Shown here: positions 50,523 to 60,483 of the stretch, piece after piece | Position numbering within the stretch: position 1 is the first letter of the stretch | How the letters are laid out: every line of letters starts with the position of its first letter | DNA from: Nitrosopumilus sp. | GTDB taxonomy: Archaea > Thermoproteota > Nitrososphaeria > Nitrososphaerales > Nitrosopumilaceae | Assembly (NCBI GenBank): GCA_965203315.1 | Contig: OZ241857.1 | Coordinates: forward strand, 544,001 to 608,000 | Direction: 5' to 3' | DNA length: 64,000 nucleotides | Program-made: the position numbers and the translations under genes | The notes under the pieces: generated by a model | Database searches by the model: none | Seen by the model: the letters and a program-made list of their open reading frames with translations, nothing else | What the model was told of the DNA's origin: nothing

Positions 50523-50999
50523 CTAAAAGCGTGTAACAGTCACTACACCCGTGGTCACTACTTGACTGCCATCAATGGTACCTGTCACTGTTATGGTATA
50601 AGAATCACCGATGTCCAAGTCATCAGAGTCGGGTATCGTACTAGTAAAGTAGTTTGTTTCACTGCTGTCCATGTTAGGAGTGTTGGCAAAAGTTATGTCA
50701 CATCCAGTGTCACAGTTTGCAGTAAAGTTTAGTACAGTACTGGTAGGACTAGCTATACCTAACGTAATTCCATTCAGAGTTACTGTTACGGAATCTACCT
50801 CTGATGTACCAACGTTCTTTACTTGAACAGTCAATACAGCGTCACTAGTGCCTGCCTTTTTGAGACTAGTCTCCCCAAGTTGCAGACCTTCGTTTGTTGC
50901 TCCACCGAATACACCAGAGCCAACTATGCCTAGCGCACCTGTAGCCATGACAGCTGTAAGTGCAAGCCAGATCAGATTCTCTTTGGTAAACTGTACCAC
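50523..50999 (-). CDS. Archaeal type IV pilin-like protein
   Basis: N-terminal hydrophobic helix after QFTKE; VQVKNVGT...IGDSYTITVTG beta-sandwich; TadC-like gene upstream on the same strand. Confidence 0.65.
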   Translation of the reverse strand: MVQFTKENLIWLALTAVMATGALGIVGSGVFGGATNEGLQLGETSLKKAGTSDAVLTVQVKNVGTSEVDSVTVTLNGITLGIASPTSTVLNFTANCDTGCDITFANTPNMDSSETNYFTSTIPDSDDLDIGDSYTITVTGTIDGSQVVTTGVVTVTRF

Positions 51000-51150
51000 C
51001 TATATCAGCTCCTCAATTTGTACAACGATATCTGTTGTTTGCATTGATGTGGTATACCTGATTTGTATTAAGGAGGAAATATACACATCACTAGCCAGAT
51101 CAGTAAAATTCATAATGTACGTATAATAGTCAATGTGAAATATAGTCAGG

Positions 51151-51828
51151 TTGGATATGGCAATCATACATGGTATTTCAGATAGTGAATTAGAGTTGCT
51201 AAGTCGTTTACCCAACGAGGTCGAAAGCATCTCTGATATCAATAGAGTCAAGAGGGAGTTTGAAGAAAAAATGACAAAGACGAAAGGATTTTGGGGTGGT
51301 TTAAAGCGTTGGAACTACCAACGCCAAATCAACAAATTCGATGGTAGAGAGTTCAAAGTTTGGTTGGCAGGTGCAATCGGTGAAAAAAGAGTCATAGATA
51401 GATTGTCACATCTAGATAACTCTTATCATGTCTTTGGGGGAATAAAACTTCAACCACGATATGGTGACTGGGCTCAAGTCGATTGTTCCGTAGTCGGTCC
51501 AACCGGCATATACATGATCGAGATCAAGAATTGGTCTGATCAATATGCACGTAATCCAATAGATGATCCACACGAACAGGCACAAAGAGCTGGTTTGGCA
51601 TTATACAAATCCATCAATCAGCTTTTTTGGCGTGGAAATATTAGAGTCACTAATGTCATACTGCCTATCAAGAACAATATAATTTACAGAAAAAGTTATC
51701 CACATGTATTAATTGTGAATATCAATAACATTAACACCTTTATCACAAACAACAAAAGGAATTACTTGGACACCAGTAAGATCAAAAAGATTGTTAGACA
51801 TCTATCTAGTCATACTAATTCATATTGA
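51151..51828 (+). CDS. NERD-domain nuclease-related protein
   Basis: GAIGEKRV, QVD.SVVGPTGIYMIEIKNW and PHEQAQR. Confidence 0.88.
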   Translation: MDMAIIHGISDSELELLSRLPNEVESISDINRVKREFEEKMTKTKGFWGGLKRWNYQRQINKFDGREFKVWLAGAIGEKRVIDRLSHLDNSYHVFGGIKLQPRYGDWAQVDCSVVGPTGIYMIEIKNWSDQYARNPIDDPHEQAQRAGLALYKSINQLFWRGNIRVTNVILPIKNNIIYRKSYPHVLIVNINNINTFITNNKRNYLDTSKIKKIVRHLSSHTNSY

Positions 51829-51980
51829 TCTACTCTACTAGACTTTTATCAGCACACTCTGACATAAAATCAGAGCGTGTGGTTGAACATATTGTTATTT
51901 GAACAATTTCTGATATACCTGATCATTTTTTGACGTATTTTAAACGTTGAATTTGTATGCGATCATGATGCATTTGTGGA

Positions 51981-53440
51981 GCTCTGTTCAATGAATATTT
52001 TTGCAATATGATGGTTTAGTGGTGGTTTAGATGAAAACACATCAGATGTGCAATTCGGAATCAATTTCTCATTAAAATTAAAGCTTGTTGTACTGAAATG
52101 TTGTTTTTTACTACAAAATGAACAAGATTCTGACAATCAAAAGTTAGAAATCATTAAAAAAATCAAAGGTTTGCAAGTATTTGTTTTTTAATTATTCGCA
52201 AGTTATGTGCGGCAACCCTAAATAACAATTCTTGAACCATATGTTCCCACAATATCGATTTTAGACCTTCGCCAAACAGACGCTTCATTGTAGAAAATAC
52301 ACCCTCCGATGCAGAGCGTTCACCATAACCGTTTTTTCTCCCCCATCTTGCTTGATTTTTTAATCTATCTTTTTTTGTGATCTTTGTTACATCTTTGCAT
52401 TTTGAGCCAAAAGTTAACTGAATCTGAGCAGTTTTGCTTCTAACAGTTTCAAGATATGTTTTGGCAGTGTATCTTATTGGAATTATTGGTTTAATCCCAC
52501 GCTTTTTACAGTACTCGAAGATTTCAACTGTGTCGTAGCCTTTATCAGCTAGAATTTTAACCTCTATGTCATTAATATTACAACATTTTTGGAGCATACC
52601 GATCGCAAATTCAACGAGTTCAATAAATTGAGATGAATCTGCTTCAGAATCGGTTGTAATGGTACATCCTAGTATTGCCTTTGTTTTTACGTCTATGATT
52701 GGGTGTAATTTAACAAATCCTTTCTTCTTTACTTTGTCCTTTTCTTTCTCGAACCTAAACTCGATCCATCTACCGCCTGCGTGTTGTGTAAATCCAGAGG
52801 CATCCAGGGAAAGAATGACTTCTTTAAAATGATCTGCAACTGCGATATCATTTAAAATGTCTACCTCCTTGTCATTTATTCTAGTAAATAATGTAGTATA
52901 AGCTGGTATATCGAAATCAGGAAAAAATCGTTTTAATTCGTCTTCTAATTCTCTATATGATAATCCTCGCTTAGCTCTTATCATTGCAGCACATCTCAAA
53001 AAAGATTCCGAATAGGCGTATTGACCGCCACGTTTCTTTACGTTCATCTTTTTTAATTCTTTCCTAAACAGTTCTGCAAATTCCTCAGTATCGATTACTC
53101 CAAATTCAAATAATAACAAAACATATCTGACCGTTGAACCTTTACTAAGTTGCTTTGCTATTCTTCTTATTTTATTTCTTTCTTTATTTTGAACTTTTTT
53201 ATCTTTTAAAATTTTGAATGTTGACTTGTTTTTACGTTTCAATATCTTGTAGAAAATAGATACCCTATATAGATCTTTTCATTTAATTTTAAAATTACGT
53301 CACAAAAAACGAAATCATAATTAAAAGCAAACTAACGTGCAATTTAATTTCATAATCTCTAATCAGCTCCGAATTTGACGCAGTTGAGTATTAACTAATG
53401 AGAAATTTTGCAGTTTTGTGCCTATTCATTGAACAGAGCA
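51981..53440 (-). mobile_element. IS5-family (IS903-like) element
   Basis: TIR GCTCTGTTCAATGAATA; ATTTGTGGA at 51972-51980 and 53441-53449. Confidence 0.9.
52163..53242 (-). CDS. IS5/IS903-like transposase
   Basis: LDASG, FVKLH, ADKGYD and GYGERSASEGVFSTMK. Confidence 0.9.
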   Translation of the reverse strand: MKRKNKSTFKILKDKKVQNKERNKIRRIAKQLSKGSTVRYVLLLFEFGVIDTEEFAELFRKELKKMNVKKRGGQYAYSESFLRCAAMIRAKRGLSYRELEDELKRFFPDFDIPAYTTLFTRINDKEVDILNDIAVADHFKEVILSLDASGFTQHAGGRWIEFRFEKEKDKVKKKGFVKLHPIIDVKTKAILGCTITTDSEADSSQFIELVEFAIGMLQKCCNINDIEVKILADKGYDTVEIFEYCKKRGIKPIIPIRYTAKTYLETVRSKTAQIQLTFGSKCKDVTKITKKDRLKNQARWGRKNGYGERSASEGVFSTMKRLFGEGLKSILWEHMVQELLFRVAAHNLRIIKKQILANL

Positions 53441-53585
53441 ATTTGTGGACATCATATACCTAACAGACTATTTTAATAGTACATAATGTCACACATACAA
53501 ACGATAACACATTTAGCGATCATAGAATATTCATTTAAGATTATATCGATATTAGAGATATTCAATCACCATTGATGGAATTTCG

Positions 53586-56500
53586 CTACACACCAAATAC
53601 GGCAAGTATCTTTGATACTAATATGGCATCGTTTCCATCTTTACCATAACATATCTCTGTATCTCCTGTTAACTGGTTTGTGGTATCATCAAAGTTTGCA
53701 TCTGTACATTTTTGGATATCATTTGTACTGGTACCGTCATAATAAAATGGTGCGGTACCATTCATACCCACAAATCTCACATACACCTCTTTACTTAGAG
53801 TGAGTTTATCATCTAGTGTGATGCTCGGTGAACCACCACACCTATTGCCCTCTGTAGACGGTCTAAAGGATATATTCAATGTGTTTGTATGTTGTTTAGA
53901 GACTTTTGCACTAGTACCAACTACTAGATCTCCCACATAACAATATTGACCACCTTGTGCGGTGAATTGTTTATTTGTTATCCATGTATCACGGAATATG
54001 GTAATGTATGCTTTATCGTTAACACGGTATGCAGTACCTTCATTTTGGTAAATAGTATCTATTCTTATTCTGTCGCTTATGCCATGGTAAAGATCGATTG
54101 TTTTACCGGTATTATCAAATTCACTAGATTTTGGTACAGTTATTGATATTGTTGGTACGATTGGTGCAGGCGAGAGTTTTGGCGTCAAGTCTTGTGTTGT
54201 AACTCCAAATATTGCTAGTATCTTGGACACTAGTATTGTATCGTTTCCATCTTTACCATAACATGTCTCTGTATCTCCTATTAATTGAGATGTGACATTG
54301 TTAAAGTTCGCACTAGAACATTTTAGTATCTCTGTTGTATCAGATCCATTATAATAAAATGGCACCTGACCATTAGTGCCTACAAACCTCACATATGCCT
54401 CTTTGCCTAGTACTAGTTTACCAGCAAGATCAATACTCGGTGAACCACCACATCTATTACCCTCTGTGGATTGTCTAAATTTAAGATTCAATGTGTTTGT
54501 ATGTTGAATAGATATATCTGCATCTTGACCGACAAGCAAATCAGCTACATAACAGTACTGTCCACCACTGGCTGTAAACTGTTTATTTGTGATCCACGTG
54601 TCGCGGAACATCGTAATGTATGCGTTATCGTTAATATGATATGCCGTACCACCGTCCGAGTACGCTGTGTCTATTCGTAATCTGTCGCTTATACCGTGAT
54701 ACAGATCGATTGTTCTACCAGTAGTGTCATATTCCATGGATTGAGGTATGGTTATCTGTATAGTCTCTGCTTGCGTGGTGTTTTGTACTGGTGGTTGTGG
54801 AGGTGGTTGTTGTGGAGGTGCGTCAGGTACACATTGATCACCCACAAGTCTCGTACCTTGTTCACATTGTGGAGGAGGTGGTTCAGGATCAGGTATAACA
54901 GACTGTACAATAGGTGGAGAGGGATTAACATATTTTATTGAATCTCTATACACACCCAATAGTTTTCCTTCTTGCTTGTTTGTGCCATATATTATAACAT
55001 CATAAACATCATCCGTTTTTAATGGAATGATAAATTTGTAATTATTCTTTATCTTTTCTGTGGTATTACCATGTATAGTATTGTTTGAGTTAGACAAAAC
55101 CCAGTGTAATGTGTTTGGTCTTACTTCTTTGACGGTATTATTTCCAGATTGAAATTTCTGTTTTTCAAATTTGTATGTAACTTCTAATCCCTGAGTCACA
55201 TTTTTAGCTTTTATATTCAAATCAAATATCTTTGCAACTTGTTTTGGCTTGGTCTCACCAAACTCACAAAACACATCTTCATTCAATGTTATGGTGTCAT
55301 CTGAAGGAATGTACACGGTACCAGTTAGACCATCAAGAGTACCAGACACAAATGTGGTCCCATTAACGGCAAAAGGTAATTGTACAGCTATTGAGCCAGA
55401 CTTGTAAAACAGAGGAATCCCATTAGAGTTGTTACTGAATATTTGTGTACTGTTTATTACATTACTGGGCATGAAAAAGAATGATCTTATACCAAGATGA
55501 TCATTATCTGTATTTATCATGTTGTTTGATATCACATTTGTGTATTCAAATTTCTTTGCAGTGCTGGGCAAAGTAGGATTTGACGATACTGCTGTAAATG
55601 TTCCAGAATCATTTTTTATTGTTGTAAATATGGTACCTCCATTAAAATCACCTAGGCTAGAATAAAACACACTCAAGTCACTTGTATTGGACAGTTTTAC
55701 AGATTGCTTAATTGGCGAGTACGTTTGAGTGCAAATCGGTAACATTTTATGTACAATAGCAATTTTTTCATGATCAATATTATTGCCATTTATTGTGTCA
55801 TTGTATACCTCATAGTCTTGAATCGGTAATTGCGTCATGAGATTGACTGTTTGTACAGGGGGTTGTTGTGGTGGTGGCAGAGGTTGTGGTGGTGGGGGTT
55901 GATTTCGTGTTACTTTATGTGATAAATCTTGTGTTGTTATGCCAAACACAGCAAGTATCTTTGAGACCAATATGGTATCGTTTCCATTCTTGCCATAACA
56001 TATTTCAGTATCTCCTATTAACTGGTTTGTGACACCACTCAATCTATTTGTATTATTATCAAAGTTCGCACTAGAACATTTTGGTATCTCTGCTATATTA
56101 GATCCATTATAATAAAATGGTGTTTGGCCATTTGTGCCAACAAACCGTAAATATATTTCTGTGCCTAGTACTAGTTTACCATCAAGATCAATACTCGGTG
56201 AACCACCACATCTATTACCCTCTGTGGATTGTCTAAATTTAAGATTCAATGTGTTTGTATGTTGAATAGATATATCTGCATCTTGACCGACAAGCAAATC
56301 AGCTACATAACAGTACTGTCCACCACTGGCTGTAAACTGTTTATTTGTGATCCATGTATCACGGAACATCGTAATGTATGCGTTATCGTTAATATGATAT
56401 GCTGTACCGCCGTCCGAGTACGCTGTGTCTATTCGTAATCTGTCGCTTATACCGTGATACAGATCGATTGTTCTACCAGTAGTGTCATATTCCATGGATT

Positions 56501-58601
56501 GAGGTATGGTTATCGACATAGTTTGACTGTTATTTTGTGTAGATGATGGCTTAACCAGTGGAGCGTACCTTGTTGATCCAGTATTGTTTACAGGATCAGG
56601 CGCAACAGGTTGTACAGGCTGTTTAACAGATGGTTGTTTAGTGGGCGTTTCCATAGATGTAACAAATGGCACTGTACTTGCAATTGTATAATTTTGTTGC
56701 ATTATTTTTGAACGCATGTTAAGGTGTTCAATGTACGTGGCATGAGTTATGTTAGAATATGTTACAGTCACATCACACTTTCCTTTTGCCAAAGGCTGAA
56801 ATACTACAAATTCACTGGTTTGATGTTTTGAAGTAGCGTCAAGCGTTTGACCACTTGCACATTGTACCTTAAAATTAAGATCTGTGAAAGGGAATATATA
56901 TAATATGTTTGAAGGTTTCTTTATTAGCTCACCTGGTGGATGTACTAGCCAATGAAGGATTATCTTTACTGGTTTTGATGTGTCAGTTATATTGATGGCA
57001 TGTTTTTTTGTAATCGTGTTATTAATATAGTCAGAAATGTATGTGTTTGGTTTATTAACATAGTTAATAGCCTGTTGCGTATTTAATATACCAAACCCCA
57101 CGTTGTTTAATATCTCTAGTGACTGTTCATTATTCGCAATGGTTTTATTGGTGGGCTGTCTTGCAAAAGAACAATTATCTAGAGGGTTACGCTGTTCAAA
57201 CTGTTTAGACGTACATGGTACCGGACCAGTCCAGTTTGCGCCCAACAACAACAATGCTTTTGATTCCGTTGGTGTTAATTGAGGATTTGACTCTAACATT
57301 AATGCCATTGTACCAGATACTAGTGGTGCAGACATGCTTGTACCAGAGTATCTATAATAATATCGTTCATGTATTGGCGAACTGCTTGTTAAAAGATGAA
57401 CTGCCGGTGCAACAATATCTGGTTTCAGTATAGGCGCATTGTTATTAGACGGTCCCCTGCTAGATTCTTCTAACATTTTTAGCGAATTAGGTATACGACC
57501 ATCTATTCCACCAACTGTGATTGCGTTATGAGAGCAACTAATCGCTGTGACGCTGTTATATCGTGGTTTATCATTATAAAGTCCATAATTACCAGCAGAC
57601 GTGACATATATTACTCCTTTTTCAACTAGTTCATCTCCGATTAAATTTATGGTTGATGCTCGCCCTGGATTACATTTTAGTGTAGATGATGCACTAAGAT
57701 TTATTACATCCGCACCTTGTGTATATGCCCAATCTAGTGAATGTGCAAACGAAGATGCACTTCCAATCTTGTATGGTTTTATTTTACTACCATTATTGTA
57801 CTCTACAAACCATAACGCATCTAATAATGTGACCCCTGGTGCGATCCCATTGTTTCTGGACATTCCAGTGGCGGCTAACGGTTGAGCTACAATTGTTCCA
57901 TGAGTAACACCACGAGTACCATTCAATTTACCAAGATCATATGTCACTGTGCCTTGAAGCAATCCATTTTGTATAGTGCAGTTTCCAGAGGGACAATAAA
58001 TTCTCTTTGTCACTTTGTCATTAAGATATATGCTGTTTATGCCAGAATCAACAACAGCTACAGTTACACCCTTGCCTGTGACTTTTGTACCACCATATAA
58101 CGGAATATCTCGAGTCGTTCCTTTAACAATCTTCTTGGCGGCATCTACATTTATTTCAATTTCTTCTTGACCATCGCCGATTTGATACACAATATTGTGT
58201 GTAGCAAGATAAGAGATCGCAGTAATAGGAACATTGGCCGTAATAAAAGACAGAGATTTTGCAACAATGATATCCTTGGCACCAATCTCTTTCAGTATGG
58301 CTACAATCTTTTCTTTGTTTTGTGTCGTGTCTTCAGAAATAGAATCCTGGTCATGTCGTGTGACGTATATTATGACATTGTAAAACTCGTCTAATAAAAG
58401 TGCCACAGTACCATTGCTACTCGGTACACCCGTTATCTCATCATTTATAATCTCTTGAATTTTGTCATAAAACCCAGGATCAAACCTTTCTGAAATATCT
58501 ATGTCCGCATGTACTTGATCAATAGACAGAAACAGCGCTAGTGAAACTATTGCCAACAAACTTGCTGGCAGAGGGAGAGAGAGGAACGTACGAGACCTCA
58601 T
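53586..58601 (-). CDS. Secreted subtilisin (S8) protease fused to repeated surface modules
   Basis: Triad VAVVDSG / HGTIVA / SGTSMSAP; SAGN, KPDIVAP; Pro/Gln linkers. ATG 58601 chosen because TTTATATA lies 30 bp upstream and a signal peptide follows. Confidence 0.9.
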   Translation of the reverse strand: MRSRTFLSLPLPASLLAIVSLALFLSIDQVHADIDISERFDPGFYDKIQEIINDEITGVPSSNGTVALLLDEFYNVIIYVTRHDQDSISEDTTQNKEKIVAILKEIGAKDIIVAKSLSFITANVPITAISYLATHNIVYQIGDGQEEIEINVDAAKKIVKGTTRDIPLYGGTKVTGKGVTVAVVDSGINSIYLNDKVTKRIYCPSGNCTIQNGLLQGTVTYDLGKLNGTRGVTHGTIVAQPLAATGMSRNNGIAPGVTLLDALWFVEYNNGSKIKPYKIGSASSFAHSLDWAYTQGADVINLSASSTLKCNPGRASTINLIGDELVEKGVIYVTSAGNYGLYNDKPRYNSVTAISCSHNAITVGGIDGRIPNSLKMLEESSRGPSNNNAPILKPDIVAPAVHLLTSSSPIHERYYYRYSGTSMSAPLVSGTMALMLESNPQLTPTESKALLLLGANWTGPVPCTSKQFEQRNPLDNCSFARQPTNKTIANNEQSLEILNNVGFGILNTQQAINYVNKPNTYISDYINNTITKKHAINITDTSKPVKIILHWLVHPPGELIKKPSNILYIFPFTDLNFKVQCASGQTLDATSKHQTSEFVVFQPLAKGKCDVTVTYSNITHATYIEHLNMRSKIMQQNYTIASTVPFVTSMETPTKQPSVKQPVQPVAPDPVNNTGSTRYAPLVKPSSTQNNSQTMSITIPQSMEYDTTGRTIDLYHGISDRLRIDTAYSDGGTAYHINDNAYITMFRDTWITNKQFTASGGQYCYVADLLVGQDADISIQHTNTLNLKFRQSTEGNRCGGSPSIDLDGKLVLGTEIYLRFVGTNGQTPFYYNGSNIAEIPKCSSANFDNNTNRLSGVTNQLIGDTEICYGKNGNDTILVSKILAVFGITTQDLSHKVTRNQPPPPQPLPPPQQPPVQTVNLMTQLPIQDYEVYNDTINGNNIDHEKIAIVHKMLPICTQTYSPIKQSVKLSNTSDLSVFYSSLGDFNGGTIFTTIKNDSGTFTAVSSNPTLPSTAKKFEYTNVISNNMINTDNDHLGIRSFFFMPSNVINSTQIFSNNSNGIPLFYKSGSIAVQLPFAVNGTTFVSGTLDGLTGTVYIPSDDTITLNEDVFCEFGETKPKQVAKIFDLNIKAKNVTQGLEVTYKFEKQKFQSGNNTVKEVRPNTLHWVLSNSNNTIHGNTTEKIKNNYKFIIPLKTDDVYDVIIYGTNKQEGKLLGVYRDSIKYVNPSPPIVQSVIPDPEPPPPQCEQGTRLVGDQCVPDAPPQQPPPQPPVQNTTQAETIQITIPQSMEYDTTGRTIDLYHGISDRLRIDTAYSDGGTAYHINDNAYITMFRDTWITNKQFTASGGQYCYVADLLVGQDADISIQHTNTLNLKFRQSTEGNRCGGSPSIDLAGKLVLGKEAYVRFVGTNGQVPFYYNGSDTTEILKCSSANFNNVTSQLIGDTETCYGKDGNDTILVSKILAIFGVTTQDLTPKLSPAPIVPTISITVPKSSEFDNTGKTIDLYHGISDRIRIDTIYQNEGTAYRVNDKAYITIFRDTWITNKQFTAQGGQYCYVGDLVVGTSAKVSKQHTNTLNISFRPSTEGNRCGGSPSITLDDKLTLSKEVYVRFVGMNGTAPFYYDGTSTNDIQKCTDANFDDTTNQLTGDTEICYGKDGNDAILVSKILAVFGV
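54404..56514. repeat. Near-identical ~353-bp intragenic direct repeat (54404-54756 and 56162-56514); third diverged copy ~53590-54145
   Basis: Identical protein block ITIPQSMEYDTTGRTIDLYHG...GGSPSIDL. Confidence 0.92.
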
Positions 58602-58642
58602 GTAAAACCTCAACCAAATGTCATATATAAATCGGTTCTTCA

Positions 58643-58670
58643 AGATCTCTTTGGTTTACATGGGAGGGTA
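58643..58670. mobile_element. MITE-B/IS6-like end next to the protease promoter
   Basis: AGATCTCTTTGGTTTACATGGGA resembles GGATCTCTTCGATTTACATGGGA at 8864. Confidence 0.6.
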
Positions 58671-58910
58671 TTTTACAGGTAAATTATTGCAAGACTTGCT
58701 AGACGGCAAAAGTCGTTTGGACCATCTAATATTTACATAAAACTATGTACGCATAATCTTATACTCACCATCTTAGAAAGTCCTCTACCAGACCATCAAT
58801 CACAAAGAATACATCCCAGCCTACAGGCATCATAAATGATGTTCCGAATATGACAATTTTGATCAAATCTTCAAATTTAGTCAAATTTATTCAAATATTA
58901 TTATGTATGT

Positions 58911-59852
58911 TCACCGCTTCAATCTATTGATGTTTAACTCATAATTGTTATACATGCTAGTTTTTACAGGTATCTCTTTTTCAGCATTTATTTGAATATC
59001 TTTGTCTCTCAAAGTATGCGGTGTCTTTCCATATGATGATTTAAGAAAGGATGTGTTGGTTTGCCCAATTTTGTTATACGTGTATACGTATCCATTCGTA
59101 TCATATGGATTGATCTCTTTTAGTTTCTCTTTTGTTATTGTACAATAGATATCCGCGATATCCATACCAATATATTTTCTAGCTAGTCTCTTAGCTGCCA
59201 ATACTGTTGTACCAGCTCCCATCATTGGATCAAGTATGATATCGCCTTCATCAGTGCACATCATTATCAGTCTCTCTAGTAGCTGTTCTGGAAGTTGACA
59301 TGGGTGAGCATCACGCCGTTTATTATGTCTAATACGATGTATGTCTGTCCACACGTCACTGAGTAAAGTACCGAAGGGATGCATCAGATATTTTTTACCC
59401 CCATAGTCCTTGTTTACTTCATTACAATTGACACACCTCTTGTGTGGAATACGACAGTCATAAAACTTGAAAGCATCTGATTTTGTGTAATACAGTATAC
59501 CATAATGACTAGGTAACAGAGTCTTACCAAGAGGGCTACCCATCGCGTCCCAAGATATCCAGTGTCTAAATTTCATATTCCTTGTATTGAGATGATTGCC
59601 TAATGGAATAAGCCATCTTGGTATATTATGAATGAATAACGTTCCCGACGGCTTTAAAAGACGAATACATTCATCAAGCCAATCAAAGCACCACTGAAGA
59701 TAATCCGATTCTGTGTGATCGTCTTTGTTATTTTTGTATCTCTTATTTAGATTGAATGGAGGATCAACAAATATCATATCTATTGATTCTGATTTTATCT
59801 TTTTCATTAGTGGTATCGCATCGCCATTGAAGATTTTATTTTTGATAGTCAT
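58911..59852 (-). CDS. Beta-class DNA adenine MTase
   Basis: VDPPFN, HPCQLPE and DPMMGAGTT. Confidence 0.9.
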   Translation of the reverse strand: MTIKNKIFNGDAIPLMKKIKSESIDMIFVDPPFNLNKRYKNNKDDHTESDYLQWCFDWLDECIRLLKPSGTLFIHNIPRWLIPLGNHLNTRNMKFRHWISWDAMGSPLGKTLLPSHYGILYYTKSDAFKFYDCRIPHKRCVNCNEVNKDYGGKKYLMHPFGTLLSDVWTDIHRIRHNKRRDAHPCQLPEQLLERLIMMCTDEGDIILDPMMGAGTTVLAAKRLARKYIGMDIADIYCTITKEKLKEINPYDTNGYVYTYNKIGQTNTSFLKSSYGKTPHTLRDKDIQINAEKEIPVKTSMYNNYELNINRLKR

Positions 59853-60236
59853 TGCACATCTCCATACTTTTCTAAAATTAACTTTTCAAATTCTTTGAGT
59901 TGAGTATTATGAAAAGTGAATACATAATCAAATGCACCAACAAGACGTTTTAGATCACCTTTTCTGGAAAGCCAACCTGCACCATCAATAAACCCTATAA
60001 ACATACAATTAGGGTAATGTTTCTTGATTTGATTATTTACATTTATTTCATGTTTAGCTTTATCACCCATTGACGATGATGTTGTTGTTTGGTATGACAC
60101 CTCAATTAGTATCTGTGGATCTGTATTGTTTGGTATTGCAAAATCCATTTTCCTATAGTGACATGACGAATTAATTTCACTATTATGTCCCTTAAAACAC
60201 TAAAATTCACGCATTGACACAATTTTTAGTGATATC

Positions 60237-60479
60237 TTGAGTACAAAACACAAAAATCTTCTTCTAGCTCTTAAAAATAAAAAGTACGCGCACATACGAA
60301 CTAGAATCTTTGGTGTAAAGATGGTTCTAATTGATAAAAACACAATATCACGTACAGCAAGGCATGTTGGCAGGACGGAACGTACCGTGTATAATTGGCT
60401 AAGACGATACAAGCGAGAAGGAATTGCAGGACTAGAAGACAAACCAGGTAGAGGAAGAAAGCCACTAACACGAGTTTGA
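60237..60479 (+). CDS. Stand-alone HTH protein homologous to the IS630 transposase N-terminus
   Basis: VGRTERTVYNWL...GLEDKPGRGRKP versus transposase VGVTERTVYNWL...GLEDKGGRGRKP. Confidence 0.72.
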   Translation: MSTKHKNLLLALKNKKYAHIRTRIFGVKMVLIDKNTISRTARHVGRTERTVYNWLRRYKREGIAGLEDKPGRGRKPLTRV

Positions 60480-60483
60480 CGTA

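Noticed and set aside
36797-51828. Provirus or integrative conjugative element
   Set aside because: No integrase, capsid, terminase, VirB4, relaxase or tRNA-linked att site is visible in this window.
54404-56514. DGR-type repeat pair within the protease gene
   Set aside because: Both copies are in-frame coding modules with few, mostly synonymous changes.
58570-58584. GA/CT dinucleotide run in the protease signal peptide as a slippage switch
   Set aside because: Only about four perfect units, explainable by Leu-Ser-Leu-Pro codons.
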